The notes under the pieces were generated by a model, which saw only the letters and a program-made list of their open reading frames with translations, did not search any database and was not told the origin of the DNA. The position numbers and the translations under genes are program-made. A stretch of DNA of 35,803 nt from a virus. Its lineage: Duplodnaviria; Caudoviricetes. Of the stretch, positions 34,686 through 35,803 are shown one piece after another; positions within the stretch are counted from its first letter, which is position 1; every line of letters begins with the position of its first letter. The stretch is taken from the IMG/VR virus record IMGVR_UViG_3300037743_000017, positions 1 to 35,803 of that record. One strand, given 5' to 3'.

Positions 34686-34907
34686 CTACTGGTCCACGGG
34701 AGCGATGACTGCTAGCCGGATCGCGTTCCGTCCCGTGTTCGGACAGACCCCCATCCAGTGCCCGTTACGTGGAACGATCTCCAGCCTGTCCTCATGCTCC
34801 AGGCATTCCCAGTGGTCGAAGTCGGGGTCCTTGGGTGCGACGGGTCCAAGGCCCTGTCGCGTCACCCCGATCCCGCAGCACGCCACTTCGGGCCAGATGT
34901 CAGTCAT
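34686..34907 (-). CDS. hypothetical protein
   Basis: 73-aa ORF overlapping the upstream gene end. Confidence 0.55.
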   Translation of the reverse strand: MTDIWPEVACCGIGVTRQGLGPVAPKDPDFDHWECLEHEDRLEIVPRNGHWMGVCPNTGRNAIRLAVIAPVDQ

Positions 34908-35139
34908 CCTCTTCGTCCTCCAGCTCCTCGCAGAACTGCGCGATGGCGTTCATCATCCAGGCCAGGACATCGATCTGGGACTGGCCCTGGTTGAACTTCG
35001 TCGCGGCGCCGAGGCCGAGGGCGATCCCGGCGAACATCCGCATGCCCTCGTCGTTGTAGGAGCCTTCCCTGACTTTCTCCTCGATCGAGTTGATGAACCG
35101 GAGGATCTCCTTGTTCGCCCGGTAGGTGCTCGCCATCAT
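34900..35139 (-). CDS. hypothetical protein
   Basis: ATGA overlap with the ERF gene; acidic tail. Confidence 0.65.
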   Translation of the reverse strand: MMASTYRANKEILRFINSIEEKVREGSYNDEGMRMFAGIALGLGAATKFNQGQSQIDVLAWMMNAIAQFCEELEDEEDD

Positions 35140-35696
35140 GCTGCTTCTCCGAACTCTTCGCCCTTGTCCTTCGCGGCCTGGACAAGCTCCGCGTCGGTGC
35201 CTGGGTTGCCGAGTCGGTTCTCAGTCCAGACGGCGAGGAGGCGTTCGCGGGAGTCCGCCGTGGCGATGTCGTTGAGGATCTTGTCCTTGTTGGCGTTCGT
35301 GGCCTTGACGGTGTTCCGGGAGGCCAGGTTGCCGTCGTCGTCCTCATCGGTGATGACTCCGGTGAGCATCCCGAGCATGTAGCGCCGGTAGTACGTGATG
35401 GCACTGCCGAGCTTCTGGGGGTCGGCCCCGAAGAGGGGGATCTCGCCGTCGACCAGGGTGTCGCTCTTGGCGTGGAGGAGGCGGCCAATGAACCAGCCCT
35501 TCCCCTCTGCTCCTTCGCGGCCACCGCAGAGGTAGATGATCCCGTGCTTGTTCAGGAGCGGGATGATCTGCTCGGAGATCTCTGGGAGTCCGGCGTACTT
35601 CGACTTGAAGTGGGGGTTCGTCGCCGTCTTGGCGATGACGGGCATCTCTGCCTGGAAGGCGAGCAGTGCCTCGTAGATGTTGCCGTGATCTTCCAT
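35136..35696 (-). CDS. erf: ERF-family single-strand annealing protein
   Basis: NPHFKSKYA.L..I, PQKLGSAITYYRRY, EDDDGN; RBS AAGGAGG. Confidence 0.92.
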   Translation of the reverse strand: MEDHGNIYEALLAFQAEMPVIAKTATNPHFKSKYAGLPEISEQIIPLLNKHGIIYLCGGREGAEGKGWFIGRLLHAKSDTLVDGEIPLFGADPQKLGSAITYYRRYMLGMLTGVITDEDDDGNLASRNTVKATNANKDKILNDIATADSRERLLAVWTENRLGNPGTDAELVQAAKDKGEEFGEAA

Positions 35697-35771
35697 GTCT
35701 TCCTCCTTGGTGCGGGCGGCGGGGGGCTAGTGACAGCCGACCTGGATGGGCTACCCCCCGCCGCTGCTCCA

Positions 35772-35800
35772 AGTCTATGACGACATGGCCATCCGCGCAA
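35772..35800 (-). promoter_or_regulatory. candidate sigma-A promoter for the leftward operon
   Basis: Minus strand TTGCGC-N17-TAGACT, about 75 nt upstream of erf. Confidence 0.6.
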
Positions 35801-35803
35801 CTC

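Overview
A high-GC (Actinobacteria-type) tailed phage genome segment. The left ~28 kb is a rightward virion and lysis arm: terminase, portal, MuF/protease fusion, separate hexamer- and pentamer-type capsid proteins, tail tube, adaptor, chaperones, tape measure, minor tail proteins, amidase endolysin, holin and RusA. The right ~8 kb is a leftward arm: ERF annealing protein, Cas4-like nuclease, lipoprotein, HigA-like HTH, methyltransferase, GT2 glycosyltransferase and a sulfotransferase-like gene. The standout element is a self-contained antisense cassette between the protease and capsid genes: a candidate promoter, four tandem tRNA-mimicking Y RNAs (YrlA-like) of different architectures, and a Ro60/TROVE (Rsr) gene. 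Also notable are a three-copy 18-bp palindromic operator-like motif, a glycan-modification gene set, a possible cyclic-nucleotide sponge and a lambda-S-like dual-start holin. All calls come from reading motifs by eye; no database search was run.
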